From NCBI RefSeq assembly GCF_018977255.1, contig NW_024704757.1, forward strand, positions 13,826,001 through 13,890,000: a stretch of DNA of 64,000 nt, read 5' to 3'. Below are positions 60,067 through 64,000 of this stretch, in pieces. Numbering within the stretch: the first letter of the stretch is position 1; every line of letters begins with the position of its first letter. Below the pieces are notes generated by a model that made no database searches, was not told the DNA's origin, and was given only the letters and a program-made list of their open reading frames with translations. The stretch is from Callorhinchus milii. Its lineage: Eukaryota. The translations under genes were made by a program, and so were the position numbers.

Positions 60067-62229
60067 TCCTCACTTTGGAAAAGAAGTGAATCATCATTGT
60101 CGGTGTCATTTTTTTTGTGTTGGTTTGACCGATTTGCTCAAAGGGCAAGTGCTGATTTAAAGAATTGATCTGACGGAAGTTACTGAACTCGATTGTGAGT
60201 TAAACTTGAAAATCAACAGGGAGAAAAGATAACAAGAAGTCAAGGAGAATTCTTTTCAACAGCCTGATTCCTGAAAAGGCACCGACGGACTCTTCCATTG
60301 TGCAAATAATGCTTTTGATAGCAAAACGACCGAATATGGTTAGGAATCCGCTCACATAAGGTGATCAATATTGACCAGCAAAGGAGACACACACTCATTC
60401 TCAGTCCTGCCACATAGCTTGACCTTGATCATACATCCATGTGGTCGTCAATAACTCGGTTCCAATGAACTTACGGTTCATCACTATTCTTCAGGCCACT
60501 GCAACGAGGATCTTGTTCTTATCCCCTCCTAAGATGGAGCAGGCTTTGGAACCATTTCACATTTCACATGGCATTTCCGATATTGTCTGTTTTTATACAC
60601 ATGAATTCTTAATGTTGTTTGGAATATAGCATAATTCTAATGCAATCTCGTTCTCTGAGACGCAAAAAAATCCATAGATAGCGTCACTGTGTGAAACCTT
60701 ACACAGTCATGTGTTATAATTGCTATTTCGGCAACACAAGGGGAAGGATAACAACGTTTTTCTTTCATGGTAAACAGTCTCTCTTGGGGTAGGATTTCTG
60801 TGAGCAAACTTTTTTCTGCTCTCCCTAATTTGCCAGTACCTGTATATCATGATCAAAGAAAAAACAGGAGCCCATTAGGTATGTGCCTTGTTTATTAATA
60901 CACATTTAAATATGCCTGTTTGGGCTCCAGCAGTAAAAGCACTTACATTAAGAATACTCAGATGTAAAAGGGAATACTAATGTCAATCTGTCCATGGAAC
61001 AAACCAGTTATTCCAAGGAACTTGCATTCTTATTGAGACACCTTGTTACTTATGGGCAAACAGGCAATTGCCAAATCACAGCCCATCTAAACCGCTGTGG
61101 GTCACCAGTTTGACCTGTGCTTGCACCTTCGCATTGGAATGGAAAAGTGTAAAAGAAAGGTGTCAGTCCTGAAATTGCCCTTTGCCACTCTATTGTGAAT
61201 CTGTAGAAATGAGCTGATGTAGTGTTCCCAGTGATCATAGAGCAGGAAGAAATGAGAAAATTAGTATACCTAATAGATGCAGACTTCCCAAAGTAAAGTA
61301 ATGCTGGAATTTGCCCTGAACAGTACATCTCGGTCAACGCACATGGGAGAAATAAGAACAAATAAGCCTCCTTTGGTTTAAAACCTCTCACACGTGCATA
61401 ATATTTTTACAAAGAATTCTCCAGAAAAGATCCATTATCTACTGTCGTGGTAGAATCAAAGGGTATTTCAACCTGACAATGCTCTGTCACCACTTTTCAA
61501 CACTGCTGTATTTTAGCAAAAAACATACAGATTCGTATTTCTGACAATAATGCTTGACGTTTCAATGATATTTATCTCTTTATTTTGCCAACTTCATTTC
61601 CAATAGAGCAGACCCGATCTGACAGTTTGAAGTTTCGGCTTTAGCTCCCGCTGTACCAAACTTTGTTCTGTAATTGTTTTTGTTCAAGAAAACTCTTAGG
61701 TAATCCAATAAATCTGCTTTGAAATGCGCGGCTGCTTCCGAGGGCTTTGTAATGTAAATGAAATACCTTTGGGTTGTAAACAAAGCAATCCACATTGTCT
61801 TTTTTAATGATTTTGTTTTTCTGGAAATGGGATGCTTGATAACATGAAAAAGCAGGTTGGAATTATTCATAATGACTTTAAACAGAAGTGTAAAGCTCGA
61901 GATGAAGGCAAGAGGAAGTGATGTGAGGGATTACTGTTTGCGGTGCAAAAGCGTCTATTGACAGGAAAGCCAGAGTTCTTCAGGAGGACGATTGTAAAAT
62001 AGTCACTTAAAATGAGAATTTTGTTTTGCTGTTGGATAAGCAGAGCTTCGTTCAACAAACCACGTTTAATGAATGTGTACTATACACCTTGTTCATTCAG
62101 TACTAGAATAATACGATGACAGAGTTCAGACTTCAAGTTAAGAGCATTAATCACATTTACTCCCAAATATGAAAATGTAATGAAGGGAAGTTTGAGTCAT
62201 GCTCTGTGGGTGTTCCCCTTTATACATTT

Positions 62230-62333
62230 TGCCCACAAATATACAGTCAATTCACTTGATATTCTGTGAAGCGCTTTGAGACGTCGAGAAGACGTGAAAA
62301 GCGCTATCTCAAATGCAAGGATTATTATTATTA
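62230..62333 (+). mobile_element. SINE 3' module (left member of tail-to-tail pair)
   Basis: GCCCACAAATATACAGTCAATTCAC..GTGAAGCGCTTTGAGACG..GCAAGG(ATT)n. Confidence 0.9.
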
Positions 62334-62382
62334 CACGATGGAGAAGGGATTAGAGGGGTGTGTGAGTACGGACACAGACAGA

Positions 62383-62488
62383 TAATAATAATAATAATCC
62401 TTGCCGTTGATACAGTGCCTTATCACATCGTCTCAAAGCACTTCACAGAATATACTGTAAAGTGATTCGACTGTATATTTTGTGGACG
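62383..62488 (-). mobile_element. SINE 3' module (right member of tail-to-tail pair)
   Basis: (AAT)n CCTTG..CGTCTCAAAGCACTTCACAGAATAT..GACTGTATATTTTGTGG. Confidence 0.9.
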
Positions 62489-62504
62489 AAACGATGGAAC
62501 CTCA

Positions 62505-62582
62505 TATGGAGTATATACGCTGGTCAGTCTAGCTGGGCTGAATGACCTGTTTCTGTGCTGTAAAATCTATGTAATTCTGTGT
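62505..62582 (+). mobile_element. CR1-type 3' tail
   Basis: TGGGCTGAATGACCTGTTTCTGTGCTGTAAAATCTATG. Confidence 0.7.
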
Positions 62583-63277
62583 TAGTTCTTGAACGCAGCT
62601 TTACTAGAGGCCGGCAGACTGTTGCACTTCTAAAGGAAATGTAACCTGAACTCCTAAAGATGCTTTGCTGCCAAATGAAATCCTACTTGAAAACAACCTT
62701 GTGAACTTTAGTTAAGGCCGACACAGTGGTGACAAATGCGATTGACTAGAACATTGTGTGACCTGTTATTGTTCATTTTATCCCCTTTGTTCATTCGGCT
62801 CAGTGCAGGGAGGAAAAGATATATGATTAAAAGAATACTGGATGCTTAAGGGAATGCAGCACATCTCACCAAAAATGCTACATAATTAATTTGGTGAATG
62901 TAACATCACAAAACAAAATTCCTGGAGGATTTGCAAATATCCATTTGTCCCATGGGAATCATTAGCAAATGTCTGTGATGATCTGATGAGAGATTTATGA
63001 ATGGGATATTTTGATTTTTTTTACAGATTAGCTCTTATTAGTATTATAAACCTGTCATTAAATTAAATTACTTGGTGCACACAAGCCCAGCACTGAAATG
63101 CAATGCTTCGAATTCCTGTCACATTTACCCTTTGCATCAGGAAAATTAGTTATGCTTTCCATGGTCAAGGAATATACCTCGAAAAGGAGAAATAAGAATT
63201 AAATGAGATAAGAAAATATATAAGGTTTGCGTTCAAGCCCCAAGTTAGATAGATATTTGCAGAAGTCAAATTTGCAG

Positions 63278-63400
63278 CGCTATGGGGAGAGAGCAGGTGA
63301 GTGGGATTAATTTGGTCAGCTCTTTTCAAAGAGCCGACATGAACACAATGAACCGAATGGCCTCCTTCTGTGATGTATAATTCTATGATTCTATCATTCT
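63278..63400 (+). mobile_element. CR1 (HER1-like) 3' end
   Basis: GCTATGGGGAGAGAGCAGG..TCAAAGAGCCG..CCGAATGGCCTCCTTCTGTGATGTATAATTCTATGATTCTA. Confidence 0.8.
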
Positions 63401-63404
63401 AAGT

Positions 63405-63770
63405 CAGGACTTTGAGCTCATAGTCTCCAGACTGACAATCCGATGCTATGCTGCGGGAGCACGATGTCAGAGGTGACGTCCTTCCAATGAGAGATTAATC
63501 TGAGGCTACGTCTGTCTGTTCAAGAAGACTACAAGTGTTTCCATGGCACAATTCAACAAGAGAAGGGAGCTTCTCTTTGTATCCTGGACAAACATCTCCA
63601 GGTAATACTGGATTTCATATCATGGTTGTTTGTGGGCTATTGTTGCGTGCAAACTGGCTCTCACACTTACCTACAAATATATGGTCACTGTGCTGTAAAT
63701 GCCGTGAAGCACTTTTAGACGTTTTGACGACATGTTAAAGCGCTATATAAAAAAATGCAAGGATTACCAT
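63405..63770 (+). mobile_element. Deu-domain SINE lacking head
   Basis: GTCAGAGGTGACGTCCTTCCAATGAGA..CCATGGCAC..AGAGAAGGGAG..AAGCGCTATA..ATGCAAGGATT. Confidence 0.8.
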
Positions 63771-64000
63771 TCTACTTTGAATCGATGGTTCTAAGAATTA
63801 TTGTTATTGGTGATAAAATTGAAAAGAATATAAAAGTGCGTTCTTTTGTACGTCCCCTATTGTACAATAAAGCCAAGCCCAGTTTATGGCTTTTTTTTTT
63901 ACGAGTAAAACTGTGTAGAGGAGCATTCAGTGACATTCTCACACAGAAACTATCGAGTGTGCTTTCAATCTCTGGGTAAGTGCTTTGGGGTTTCTGCTCT

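Noticed and set aside
1-64000. Conserved vertebrate microRNA, snRNA or rRNA genes
   Set aside because: No exact match to mature sequences I could recall was seen by eye; a miRBase or Rfam scan is needed to exclude them fully.

Overview
Eukaryotic, vertebrate-type non-coding DNA. It is most likely from a cartilaginous fish: the repeat repertoire suggests a chimaera or shark, but this is inferred from remembered repeat motifs and not verified by a database search. I cannot support any host protein-coding gene. The supplied ORFs are short and mostly arise from repeats; the only recognisable coding remnants are dead L2 and CR1 LINE ORF2 C-termini. The window is dominated by about 40 copies or fragments of two tRNA-headed SINE families. 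One has a tRNA-Ala(CGC)-like head plus a CORE-like block, the other a different tRNA-like head plus a Deu-domain block. Both share the same ~200-nt 3' module ending in an L2-type stem-loop and an (ATT)n tail. L2 and CR1 3' fragments, a Penelope-like remnant, micro- and minisatellites and several repeat-free, TF-motif-dense islands (candidate conserved enhancers) fill the rest. The most notable structures are: a ~187-bp, ~96% identical local inverted duplication (14978-15622); tail-to-tail SINE hairpins; a tail-only insertion with an 11-bp target-site-like duplication; two decayed minisatellites; and a few unassigned candidate exons. There is no CRISPR, prokaryotic operon or convincingly novel multi-gene system. 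Repeat boundaries are by eye (about +/-10-30 nt).
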